Shown in pieces: positions 51,808-61,677 of a DNA stretch of 64,000 bases. The stretch comes from an uncultured delta proteobacterium (GTDB taxonomy: Bacteria > Myxococcota_A > Polyangia > Polyangiales > Polyangiaceae), in NCBI GenBank assembly GCA_963696385.1, contig CAVOKF010000003.1, positions 320,001 to 384,000 on the forward strand, given 5' to 3'. Under the pieces are notes generated by a model that was given only the letters and a program-made list of their open reading frames with translations, made no database searches and was not told the origin of the DNA. A program made the position numbers and the translations under genes. How positions within the stretch are numbered: position 1 is the first letter of the stretch; each line of letters opens with the position of its first letter.

Positions 51808-52905
51808 ATGGACGCACGCTGTCAGCAAGCGCAGGAGTTGCGACGCCAGATCGAGTGGAACCTGGCGCGGGCCGTCGATCCGAATGACGTCCTTCCCATG
51901 TTGCACCGCCTTGCGCGTATGGCGGCCGACGGTACCGACGAAAGCTCCTTCGCCAATATCCATCTCGCCGAGCTTCTCGTCGAGCGCCACCCGTGGCGCG
52001 CGGCCCTCTGCGCGCGCCGGGTCGTGGCTCACCGCGACGACAATCGGGCATGGGCGACGCTGGCGCTGTGTCAAACGATTCTGGGCCACTACAAGTTTGG
52101 CGTCGCGGCATACCAACGCGCCTTGGCGAGCGCACCGAACAATCCGTGGTACGCGCACAACCTCGGGCATCTTCTCGACGTGGCGCTCGATCGGCCGCGT
52201 GATGCGGTCGCTTGGCTGAAGCGGGCTTACGAGGGCGCGCCGCAAAGCGGCGAGGTCGCGGCCAGCTACGCGCACGCGCTCGCGCGCGCTGGAGAGCTCG
52301 TTGTAGCCCGACGAGTGTTGACGAAAGCCATGAAGCGAAGAGCCTCGCGCGAACATGCGGCGCTTCTGAAGTGGCTCGAGCTCGGAGCACCACTCGACAA
52401 AGACCACCCGCTTCCGAGACCCGCGCCCGTGCATGCCATGGCGTTGCGCGGTCGCGGCGACGCCGGCTCGGCGCGTCGCGAGGGCCCCGTATCCGCAGGC
52501 AACCGTAGCAAGGGCGATGCGCGAACGCCGTCCCACACACGCTCATTTCGGCCCCCGTCACTGGCCGACTTGGAAGGCATCCTGGCGCGCGGAATGGGCA
52601 ACCTCCCTCTGGACGCCCGGCAGCGCGCGCGCGCCAAAGCGCTCGCGCGCGACGCGACCGCGTACTTCTCGCCCGCTGGCGCCGTTCGCACCTCGAGTCG
52701 GCCTCCTCGAGCCGGCGGGGATGCCATCGCTGCCGCCGTGGCATACGCGATCGTCTACGTCGATCACGTGCCGTTGTCGCAGGCTGAGGTCGCAGCCTGC
52801 TTCCGCGTCGGTGTCGCGAGCTTGCGCGTCCGCTTCGGCGAGCTTCGCGCTTACCTCGACCTGACTCCGGGAGACGCGCGTTACGCCACCCTTCGACGGG
52901 GCTGA
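51808..52905 (+). CDS. TPR protein with C-terminal TFIIB/cyclin-like helical domain
   Basis: TPRs (AYQRALASAPNNPWYAHNLG); C-terminal IAAAVAYAIVYVDHVPLSQAEVAACFRVGVASLRVRFGEL. Confidence 0.75.
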   Translation: MDARCQQAQELRRQIEWNLARAVDPNDVLPMLHRLARMAADGTDESSFANIHLAELLVERHPWRAALCARRVVAHRDDNRAWATLALCQTILGHYKFGVAAYQRALASAPNNPWYAHNLGHLLDVALDRPRDAVAWLKRAYEGAPQSGEVAASYAHALARAGELVVARRVLTKAMKRRASREHAALLKWLELGAPLDKDHPLPRPAPVHAMALRGRGDAGSARREGPVSAGNRSKGDARTPSHTRSFRPPSLADLEGILARGMGNLPLDARQRARAKALARDATAYFSPAGAVRTSSRPPRAGGDAIAAAVAYAIVYVDHVPLSQAEVAACFRVGVASLRVRFGELRAYLDLTPGDARYATLRRG

Positions 52906-53059
52906 CTCGGCCCCCCCGGGCATGCCGCCGGCGGTGAACCGGCCTGCCGGGCGCGGAGACTCACCCCATCGGCCTGCGCTCGGGTCGGGCTCGAGACGGT
53001 GAGACGCCCTGGACCGAAACTCGCTGCCACCCGCGAGACTCCCCGCCCCACGACCGCCG

Positions 53060-54553
53060 TTACTGACCGGTGGGAGCCGCACTGTCCCAGCCGCTCGCAA
53101 GAGCCAAGCTGCTCATCGAGACGTTGTAGTCCATCAACGCGTAGAGGTGTTGCACGCGGGCGTTGCCATAGGCGCGCAATGCATCCGCGAAGGCGCGCTC
53201 GTCCGCGGCTCCCAGGTCAATGCTGTCCTGAACCGTGGAAATCCATCGCTTCGCGATGTGCTCGGCCTTCTCCCACGCCTCCTCGCGTCCTTTGGCTTCG
53301 ACCGTGTCGGCGTATGCCTTTTCCACTTCGTACGTGGCGTTGCCCAGCGCGAGCCGCTCGAGCGCGCGCGTCTCCTCGAGCTGCGCCTCGGCCTGCGAGA
53401 CTCGAGCGGCTTGCGGGAGCAGGTCGAGCGACCACTTCAGCCCAAAACTGAAATAATAATAAAAGTGATTGAACGGGTCGTTCGCCCATGCGTTGTTCTG
53501 CGAGACCGCGCTGGGGGTCGACACGAAGTCGGCCCCCAGACCCAGGCCGAAGTCCGGCAGCAAGCGGGCTCGGTTGTACCCCAGGGTCGCACTTCGGGCG
53601 ACCACCCCGGCTCTGGCCATGTTCACGTCGGGGCGCAGGATTCGAGCCGCCTCCAGATACTGGGCAGGCGATGCGAGCGGCCGATCCGGTCTCTTCAAGG
53701 GCTGGTCCGGAATGTCGAATTCGGTCTCGACGCCCGTCATGAAGCGCAGTGCCGCGAGTCCGTAGGCCTCGGCCTTCGGGGCCTGTAGCGACTGCGCGAG
53801 GGCCTCCTGGCGGTATTCTTCGAGCCGGAGTAGTTCGACATCGCTCACGTTGGGGTCACCCTTCGCGATCTTGTCCTTCATCGATTGAACCGCCCTGCTG
53901 AGGCGGTCAATCGCGTCCCCAATGACATCCTTCGCGTCCCGCGCGAGCTGAAGGCCATAATAGGCGCGGCGCACGTCCATGCGCATCGTTTGCCGCGACT
54001 TCTCCATGTCCCATTCCGACACACGAACATTGGCATCGGCGGCTTGTTGCAAGTCCTGGCTCTTTCCGAACGTGTACAGGGGCACGACGCCGCTCACGTT
54101 AAACTGGAAAAATGGGAGCAGACCGCTCACCCCGGTGATGTTGCGAGCACTCAAACTGCTTTGCGAGTAATCGACCGTTCCCAAAATGGGAGGCACGACG
54201 CCGAACGCGGACTGGGCGGACCATTGGAACCACGGAGTCCAGTTTGCCTCCTCGAGCTGCGCATGAGCAAACGCCAGACGCGCGCGGGCGGCCCACAAGT
54301 TTGGAAAGTGACGATCGGCAAGCGCCAAACACTCCGGCAACGTGTAGGCGTGCGGACGAATCGTCGCGGGTGCCAACGGGATCGAAGAGGGCCCCGAAGT
54401 CGCGTCGGATTCATCGGACGGCGCGGGCTTGGAAGTGGCGTACGCGGGCCGTTGCACGGGCGCCAATCCCTCGTCGCCGGCGCGGGCCGCCGACCGGTCC
54501 AGCGCAATCGAAGCGACCATGACGAAGGGGACACACCAGCGCCGCTGCATCAT
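53060..54553 (-). CDS. TolC-family outer membrane efflux protein
   Basis: Signal peptide; TLPECLALA...PNL, PLYTFGK, DVRRAYYGL, RPDV, EVEKAY helical-barrel motifs. Confidence 0.8.
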   Translation of the reverse strand: MMQRRWCVPFVMVASIALDRSAARAGDEGLAPVQRPAYATSKPAPSDESDATSGPSSIPLAPATIRPHAYTLPECLALADRHFPNLWAARARLAFAHAQLEEANWTPWFQWSAQSAFGVVPPILGTVDYSQSSLSARNITGVSGLLPFFQFNVSGVVPLYTFGKSQDLQQAADANVRVSEWDMEKSRQTMRMDVRRAYYGLQLARDAKDVIGDAIDRLSRAVQSMKDKIAKGDPNVSDVELLRLEEYRQEALAQSLQAPKAEAYGLAALRFMTGVETEFDIPDQPLKRPDRPLASPAQYLEAARILRPDVNMARAGVVARSATLGYNRARLLPDFGLGLGADFVSTPSAVSQNNAWANDPFNHFYYYFSFGLKWSLDLLPQAARVSQAEAQLEETRALERLALGNATYEVEKAYADTVEAKGREEAWEKAEHIAKRWISTVQDSIDLGAADERAFADALRAYGNARVQHLYALMDYNVSMSSLALASGWDSAAPTGQ

Positions 54554-54598
54554 CGTTGCGGCGACCTTATAACGCCGACACCCCTGGCCGCCAACGCC

Positions 54599-56155
54599 CT
54601 AGGGCAAGTCGTCTTCGGCCTTGTTTCTCTTGACCAGTCGACGGAAATTGGACCAATCGAGTCCGGCGAGACGAGCGGCTTCCGACATATTGCCCGCCGA
54701 GCGCCGCAGGAGCTCGCGCGTGTACGTGTCGTCGAACAGTGCGACCAAGCGGCGCTTGGCTTCCGCGTACGGCAGTTGCGAGAGCTCCACCAAAACGTCC
54801 GGCGCCGGCTCGGCGAGAGATCCGGCAGAATGCGCCGGGTCGCCGGCCTTCCGAGAAGTCCACGGCCGATCCGGTGCGAGCATCGCAGCAGCGTCTCGCA
54901 AGGAGGCCGAATGGCGAAGAAAGGGCAGATCGCTGGCCGAAATGACGTCCCTTTGCGCGAGAACCATCGCGTGCTCGATCGCGTGCTCTAGCTCGCGGAC
55001 ATTGCCCGGCCACTCGTATTCGTCGAGCGCCCGAACGGCATCGGGCGCCAGCCGTTTGGGTTCGCGCCCCATGCTGCGTGCGAACTTCTGCAGATAGTGA
55101 TTCGCGAGCAACAGAACGTCGTGGCCCCGCTCGCGAAGCGGCGGCAACTCAATCGCGATGACGTTCAGTCGGTAGTACAGATCCGTCCGAAACTGCCCCG
55201 CCTGAATACGACTCAGAAGGTCGACATTCGTGGCCGCGAGAACGCGGACGTCGACCGTGCGCGTCTCGTCGGCACCGACTCGCTTGATTTCACCTTCCTG
55301 AAGCACTCGGAGCAGCTTGACCTGGGCCGCGAGCGGCAAATCGCCGATCTCGTCGAGCAGGATGGTGCCGCCATCGGCCGTTTCGAACAGACCCGCGCGC
55401 GCCGATTGCGCACCCGTAAACGCCCCGCGCACGTGCCCGAAGAGCTCCGATTCGACTAGCTCCCTGGGAATACCGCCACAGTTGACGGCGACAAACGGCT
55501 TCTTGGCGCGAGGGCTCTGTTGGTGAATGGCGCGAGCGACGAGTTCCTTGCCCGTGCCGCTTTCTCCGAGAATCAGCACGGTCGACGCCGTCGGGGCGAC
55601 GCCCTCGAGCAGCCGATACATTTCGAGCATTTTCGGTGAATCGCCGATGATCTCCCCGAAGCGCTCCTTCGAGAGAAGGACTTGCTCGAGTTGACGCGCC
55701 CGATCGGCCAACCGTCGGTGCTCGGCGGCACGTTGTACCGCATGAGCCACCGCGTCGTTCGAGTGAAATGGCTTCGTGAGGAAGTGGTAGGCACCCGCCT
55801 TCATCGCGGAAACGGCCGCGTCGACGTCTGCAAAGGCGGTCATGAGAATCACCTCGACCGCGGCGCCACTGGCCTTGATGCGAGCGAGCAGCTCCAGACC
55901 GCCGAGCCCCGGCATCATCATGTCGACGAGGGCCACGTCCGGCGGCGATCGCTCGACATATTCGAGTGCATGTTCGCCATCCTCGGCGACACCGACTCTC
56001 ATGCCGCGTGCATCGAGCACGCGCGCGAGACTTCTGCGAAGTGCGGGCTCGTCGTCCACGACCAAAACGTGAACGACGCCCGCGTCCTCTGTGAGAGGAG
56101 GCGGCGCAGCACTGATCGTGAGAACGGGAGATGGCACAGGGCCGGGGGCTGTCAC
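54599..56155 (-). CDS. sigma54-dependent response regulator (NtrC family, REC-AAA-Fis)
   Basis: VLVVDDE, LVDMMMPG, GESGTGKE, ESELFGHVRGAFTGA, LLDEIGD, WPGNVRELE, Fis-type HTH; GTG start at 56155. Confidence 0.93.
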   Translation of the reverse strand: MTAPGPVPSPVLTISAAPPPLTEDAGVVHVLVVDDEPALRRSLARVLDARGMRVGVAEDGEHALEYVERSPPDVALVDMMMPGLGGLELLARIKASGAAVEVILMTAFADVDAAVSAMKAGAYHFLTKPFHSNDAVAHAVQRAAEHRRLADRARQLEQVLLSKERFGEIIGDSPKMLEMYRLLEGVAPTASTVLILGESGTGKELVARAIHQQSPRAKKPFVAVNCGGIPRELVESELFGHVRGAFTGAQSARAGLFETADGGTILLDEIGDLPLAAQVKLLRVLQEGEIKRVGADETRTVDVRVLAATNVDLLSRIQAGQFRTDLYYRLNVIAIELPPLRERGHDVLLLANHYLQKFARSMGREPKRLAPDAVRALDEYEWPGNVRELEHAIEHAMVLAQRDVISASDLPFLRHSASLRDAAAMLAPDRPWTSRKAGDPAHSAGSLAEPAPDVLVELSQLPYAEAKRRLVALFDDTYTRELLRRSAGNMSEAARLAGLDWSNFRRLVKRNKAEDDLP

Positions 56156-56156
56156 T

Positions 56157-57266
56157 TTAGGCAGAGCGTAAACCGCGCAGGGCAGCGTTGGCCACTTCGA
56201 GAATTTTGCGCGTGAGGGCCGCCTGCGCGCGATCGGGAAGCCGGCTCCACGCCACCGGTTCGATGGCGTCGTAGTCGGATGACGGAACCAAGAATCGGGT
56301 CTGTCGACCAAGCGCCCCGTTGTGCACCTGCACCTTCATTCGCCGATGCGATAGTACGTGCACAACCTCACCGGCCCATTCGAGGTCGTCTCGGGTCCGT
56401 CCAAGCCGAGCGGCCAGCGGCTCGAGTTTGCCGTCGGTCGTCGGTGGTTCCCATAGGCCACCAAAAAGCGTGTCCACACGTCGGCGCGCAAGGAGCACCG
56501 CTCTTTTGGATGCGAGTACAATCGCCACGCGCTCCACGGTCCGAGGGCGCCGTTTGGCACCGACTCGGCGCGGAAGTTCGTGGACAGCATCCTGCGTTCG
56601 CGCCATGCATGCGTCGCGAACCGGGCAGTCGCCGCACTTGGGGGCGCGTGGAAGGCAGACCGTCGCTCCGAGCTCCATCAGCGCTTGGTTCCAATCGCCC
56701 GGATCGCAAGGGCCTTCCGAAATCAGGCCTTCGGCGATTTGCCATAGACGCAAGCGTACGGCAGAACTCTTGACGTCGCCCTCGATGGCGTAGATGCGAA
56801 TGAGCACTCGGGCGACATTGCCGTCGACGACGGCCGCCCGCCGTCCAAATGCAATGCTCGCAATGGCTCCTGCCGTGTACGCCCCGACCCCGTTCAAGCG
56901 ACGTAGCTGCTCGGCCTCTGCCGGAAGACGGCCTGCGTGTTCGCTCGCCACACGCTTTGCCGCCACGTGGAACATGCGCGCGCGGCGGTAGTAGCCAAGC
57001 CCACTCCACAGGGTGAGCACCCGCTCCTCCGGCGCCTCGGCGAGCGCCTGGATGGTTGGAAACTCGCGCAGAAAGCGCTCGTAATAGGGGATGACCGTGT
57101 CGACGCGAGTCTGCTGCAGCATGACCTCGCTGAGCCATACGGCGTACGGGTCCCGCGTTTGTCGCCACGGCAGTGGTCGCCGGGATTCGACGTACCATGC
57201 GACGAGACGGGCTTGCAGAACGCGCACGAGGGCGCGGTCCAGCTTCTGAGGCTCAACGCACGACAT
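56157..57266 (-). CDS. mutY: A/G-specific adenine glycosylase
   Basis: LPWRQTRDPYAVWLSEVMLQQTRV, WSGLGYYRRAR, GVGAYTAGA, VDGNVARV, NQALMELGATVC-x6-C-x2-C-x5-C, GGLWE. Confidence 0.95.
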   Translation of the reverse strand: MSCVEPQKLDRALVRVLQARLVAWYVESRRPLPWRQTRDPYAVWLSEVMLQQTRVDTVIPYYERFLREFPTIQALAEAPEERVLTLWSGLGYYRRARMFHVAAKRVASEHAGRLPAEAEQLRRLNGVGAYTAGAIASIAFGRRAAVVDGNVARVLIRIYAIEGDVKSSAVRLRLWQIAEGLISEGPCDPGDWNQALMELGATVCLPRAPKCGDCPVRDACMARTQDAVHELPRRVGAKRRPRTVERVAIVLASKRAVLLARRRVDTLFGGLWEPPTTDGKLEPLAARLGRTRDDLEWAGEVVHVLSHRRMKVQVHNGALGRQTRFLVPSSDYDAIEPVAWSRLPDRAQAALTRKILEVANAALRGLRSA

Positions 57267-59275
57267 CGTATTCGAGCCGGAACTCGCCCTGGTCGTTCGA
57301 GGATTGAGCGTCGACGACAACCCAGTAGGTGCCCGCCTCGAGCATCCGTACGACCGAGGTGCGATGGTTCGCGTCCGCATCCGACGCGCACGCTATTTCT
57401 AGCGGAGGCGCCCCGACGACATCGGAGCACGCCTTGCGAAGAGCGACGACAGCGTCGAACGTCTTGGCGGTCGCCGTGACGCGAATCTTGGAGACCGTCG
57501 GAACCACGAACTCGAACACCCGATCCGGACCGCTGCCGGCCCCGTCGGCCGCGACGCATGCCGTCGTAAAGTCGTCCGAAGCCCCGGCGGTGGTTCCGAC
57601 GACCGGGCGACCGGCGCGGAGTCTCGGCACGTGCGAACACGCCACCGCCTGTCCCGATAGAATCGTGCAACGCCCAGTGCATCGAGAAGCGTCCAAGCGC
57701 GTTCGGGCTCTCGCCGTCCACGGCGACGTAGAGCGTGCCCGGTGCCACCACTTCGTCCATCAATCGGCCGCACGCAAGCTCGGTGGTGCGATCCCCGCAG
57801 TGGCGCCAGGCGACAAGAACGTGCGGCGCTTCCTCGCCGTCCAGGGACGCTACGACGCGCGACTTATGCGGCACGTCGAGACGGTAGACGACGTCGGGCG
57901 CGCCGGTCCCTCCGCAACTGCCGGCAACGTCGTCGCGGGCGGTGAACGTGTCCCCTTCGACGACGCCCGATCCGTTGCCCGCGAGCGGGGCGGCATCGCC
58001 GCACCCGTCGTTGTTCGTGCCCGTTCCGGTGAGCGGCGCAGTCTGCAGAAGGAGTGTGAAGCGCCCTGCCGTCCCCTGCTCGCGCGCATCGGCGAAGACG
58101 GAGTAGTCGCCCGGATCCATGACGCCCGTCGCAGTCGCATCGCCCGCGACCGCTCCGGACTCGCTGCACGCAACCTCGCTCTCCTCGTCAGCACAGGCCC
58201 TACGCAGGTGCACCACGGGCGCCATGTCATCCGAGTGTTCGACAACACGCACGCGCGATCGGTCTGCCAGCTCGGCGCGCCACACGGCCTCCGCGCCCTC
58301 AGCGCCGCCTCCGCAACTCGCTTGCGCGTCATCCGCCAACCCCCAAGTCGTTCCGGTTTGAGTGGTCCCCTCGACCAGCAGTGGCGCGCCGGCGCACATG
58401 TCCACCCGTGACAGGAAATCGGTCTCGGCCACCGTCAACTTGAACGCGCCCGCTTCGTGACCGTACCCATCGACGAAGACGAAGTATCGGCCGGGCTCCA
58501 GCACCCTTTCGATACGTGACCGGGTTCGATCGGGCGCGTCGTCGTTGCAATCGATTTCAGCGTTCGCGTCCGTGCAGTCGTCTTTTCGAATGTAGAGCAT
58601 CGAGTCGAAATGGGCTTCGACTTCGATGGTCACCCGTTGTCGCCGCACGATATCGAGCTCGTAGACGAGCTCCCGCGAATCGCTCGGTCCGCACGAGCCC
58701 GAATGCTCGTGCCGACCGTGGGTGGTGGACCCCGTGACGACGCCGGGCGACAGCGGGATGGGCGCATCGCACGTACCGTTTGCCTCCTGGGGCGATGCCG
58801 CTTCGGCGCGCGCGGCCGGCGCCGTGGCCCCGTCGCCCCCGGCCCACGTTCCCACCACCCACGAGCCGGCGCCCGCCGCGGCCCTCACGACGAGTGTGTA
58901 CGTGTCGGTCGAGTCGAGACACACGCGAAGAGCCGCCTGCGGCTCGTCGGTCGTATCGTGGGCCAAAGGCGCTCCTCGTGGGTCCAGAAGCGTCGTGTCG
59001 AGATTTCGAAGACCGTCACCGCCTATCGCGACGATCGTGACGCATCCGGCGGGCAGCGTCACCGACGTCCGCGTCTCTTTTCCTTCGCGCAGGCTGCCCT
59101 CAAGAATGGGTCCCACTTGCGCGAGGCCCATGGCGGACAGCGTGTTGTGTACGGCCACGAATCTCGCGTCGAGCGGCCCCCTGCGCCCTTGGGAAACGGT
59201 GCATGCCACCGAGGACGCAGAACCGATCAGTGCAACGAAGGCGCCGAACTGCAAGAAGCGCCGAATGCGCGACAT
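57253..59275 (-). CDS. Lipoprotein with four Cys-containing PPC-like beta-sandwich repeats; one +1 frameshift at 57660-57664
   Basis: Lipobox SSVAC; units starting NGTCDAPIPL, DMCAGAPLL, DGCGDAAPL, VACSHVPRL, ending in (P/A)GxYxxxxD-like motifs; last unit is in ORF 57253..57696. Confidence 0.75.
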
Positions 59276-59303
59276 CAAGCTACGGCCCACCGCTCGACGC
59301 GCT

Positions 59304-60674
59304 CTAGACCAAGTCGAGCAGCAAACGTTCCGGCTGCTCAAGTGTGCCGATGACGTCGTACGCAAATGCCGCGCCGACGTGCCCATCGACGACGCGATGA
59401 TCGAACGACAGCGACAGGAGCATCACGTCGCCGACGACGATCTGTCCCGCCTTCACAACCGGACGTGGCTTGATCCGATGCACCCCCAAAATGGCGACCT
59501 CCGGAAAATTGACAATCGGCGTTGCGAGCAAACCTCCTTGAGCCCCCAGCGACGTAATGGTGAACGTGGATCCCTGCAGATCTTCCAGCCTGGCTTTTCC
59601 CGTCCTGGCTTCGTCCGCAAGCCGTTCGATTTCTCGTGCGATTTCCAAAACGCTTTTCTTGTCGGCGTCCTTCACAACCGGGACGACGAGCCCCGCGTCG
59701 GTCGCCGTTGCAATGCCGATGTTGTAGTATTTGCGGAGTACGATTTCCTGCGTCGTCTCGTCCACGACCGCGTTGAGCATGGGGTGCCTTTTGAGGGAGG
59801 CGACGACGGCCTTCACCACGAAAGGCAGAAAATTCAGGCGAACGCCTTGGTCGTGCGCGGCGCTCACCAGGCGCTCGCGAACCCTCTTCAGCTCCGTCGC
59901 ATCGCATTCCTCGACGAACGTGAAGTGAGCTGCGGTAGAGGTTGCAAGCGCCATCTTTTGCGCGATCTTCTTACGCAACCCGACGAGAGGAACGCGCTCC
60001 TCGATGCCGGCACGGCGCCCGGCATCGCCCGGCGGCGCAACGACGCGTCCCGGCCCGCGCAAGGCTCGACCGGCAACTCGCCCGGACGGTGCGGCCTGCA
60101 CACGAACGAACCCCTCGACGTCCTGCTTGGTGACACGGCCCTGGGGGCCCGTTGGGGGCACGCCCCGAAGGTCGATGTTCATGTCGCGCGCCAGCTTTCG
60201 CGTGGCCGGCGTCGCAAGCGGCCTTTCATTGAAATAGGCCTGCGCGGCCGAGGCGGACCCGGGCCCAAGAGCTCTGCGCGCGGGCACTCCCGGCAACGAC
60301 TCGCGGATGTCGCCAACCACCGTGGCGGCGGGGTCTTCGTCCCGAGCGCTGTGCGAAGTCGCGCCGTTCGGCTGCGTCGTCGGGCTCTCGCTACGGCTTG
60401 CCGGGCCTCGGGCGTCGACGGTCGGCACCGGACTCTGCAGGTCGAACACAACGAGGACCCCATGCACGGGAACGGTCTCACCGACACGGCCGCGGGTCTC
60501 GAGCACCGTACCGGCTTTGGGTGCGGTGATCGTGACCGTCGCCTTGTCGGTCATGACCTCAACGACCGATTGATCCTCGGCGACGACATCGCCCGGCTCG
60601 ACCCGCCAGGCCACGATTTCTCCTTCAGTAACGCCCTCGCCGATGTCCGGCAGCTTGAATTCCCAACGCGGCAA
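59304..60674 (-). CDS. 2-oxoacid dehydrogenase E2 (dihydrolipoamide acyltransferase)
   Basis: LPDIGEGVTEGEI, lipoyl-Lys VMTDKAT, ATPATRKLAR...GTG-type PSBD (PTGPQGRVTKQDV), catalytic FDHRVVDG. Confidence 0.95.
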   Translation of the reverse strand: MPRWEFKLPDIGEGVTEGEIVAWRVEPGDVVAEDQSVVEVMTDKATVTITAPKAGTVLETRGRVGETVPVHGVLVVFDLQSPVPTVDARGPASRSESPTTQPNGATSHSARDEDPAATVVGDIRESLPGVPARRALGPGSASAAQAYFNERPLATPATRKLARDMNIDLRGVPPTGPQGRVTKQDVEGFVRVQAAPSGRVAGRALRGPGRVVAPPGDAGRRAGIEERVPLVGLRKKIAQKMALATSTAAHFTFVEECDATELKRVRERLVSAAHDQGVRLNFLPFVVKAVVASLKRHPMLNAVVDETTQEIVLRKYYNIGIATATDAGLVVPVVKDADKKSVLEIAREIERLADEARTGKARLEDLQGSTFTITSLGAQGGLLATPIVNFPEVAILGVHRIKPRPVVKAGQIVVGDVMLLSLSFDHRVVDGHVGAAFAYDVIGTLEQPERLLLDLV

Positions 60675-60702
60675 TTTGCTTACCTCGCCTTCTCTTGTCG
60701 AA

Positions 60703-61677
60703 CTAGAATCGAGCTGTTTCGAGGAGCGCCGGGAGGATCCGGCGAGCCAGCGGCAAATACGCCATTTCCAGAGCGTACGGGAAAGGCGTGTCGAATCCGC
60801 ACACCCGCGCCGGTGGCGCCTCCAGGTGGACGAACGCTCGCTCGCTCACCAACGCGACGAGCTCGGCCCCGAAGCCACACGTCTTCGGCGCCTCGTGCAC
60901 GATCACGACGCGGCCCGTCTTCTCGACGCTCGCCACGATCGCGTCGATGTCTACCGGCCATAAGGTGCGCAGATCGACGATCTCGCACTGGATACCGTGT
61001 CTGCTGGCTTCATCGGCAGCCGCAATCGCCTCGTAGAGCATCGCTCCCCATGTCAAGACGGTGAGGTCGCTTCCCGCGCGGACGACCGCGGCGCTCGCCA
61101 AGGCCACCGTATAGTCCTCGTCGGGGACGTCGCCTTTCGCGGCACGGTAGATCCGCTTTGGTTCGAAGAAAAGGACAGGGTCCGGATCTCGGATGGCCGC
61201 GAGCAGAAGCCCCTTCGCGTCATACGGATTCGATGGACAGACCACTTTGAGACCTGCCACGTGGATGAACAGCGATTCGGGGGACTGCGAATGGTACATC
61301 CCGCCGCGAATGCCTCCACCGACCGGCGCGCGCAGAACCATTTTGGCGGGGTACTCGCCCCCCGAGCGATACCGGAGCTTTGCCAGCTCGCTGACGAGTT
61401 GATCGAAGGCCGGATAGATGAAATCGGCGAACTGGATTTCCGGTACGGGAACGAGCCCGTAGAGAGCCATGCCAATCGCGGTACCGACGATACCCCCCTC
61501 GGAGAGAGGCGTATCGATGACCCTGTCTTCGCCGAACTCGTCCCACAGGCCTTGGGTGACACGGAAAACGCCTCCGGCGCGTCCGACGTCTTCACCCAGG
61601 ATGACGACGCGGTCGTTGCGGCGCATCTCGTGGCGAAGCGCGTCGTTGAGCGCTTGAACCATCGTTTTCTCCGTCAC
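60703..61677 (-). CDS. 2-oxoacid dehydrogenase E1 beta subunit
   Basis: GEDVGRAGGVFRVT, DTPLSEGG, EIQFADF, YHSQSPE, FFEPK, DLRTLWP. Confidence 0.95.
   Translation of the reverse strand: MTEKTMVQALNDALRHEMRRNDRVVILGEDVGRAGGVFRVTQGLWDEFGEDRVIDTPLSEGGIVGTAIGMALYGLVPVPEIQFADFIYPAFDQLVSELAKLRYRSGGEYPAKMVLRAPVGGGIRGGMYHSQSPESLFIHVAGLKVVCPSNPYDAKGLLLAAIRDPDPVLFFEPKRIYRAAKGDVPDEDYTVALASAAVVRAGSDLTVLTWGAMLYEAIAAADEASRHGIQCEIVDLRTLWPVDIDAIVASVEKTGRVVIVHEAPKTCGFGAELVALVSERAFVHLEAPPARVCGFDTPFPYALEMAYLPLARRILPALLETARF

Noticed and set aside
54051..54075. TolC YTFGKS (AAG AGC) as another GATC miscall (AAG ATC, Lys-Ile)
   Set aside because: A different substitution type from the other sites, and the expected residue is not certain enough without an alignment
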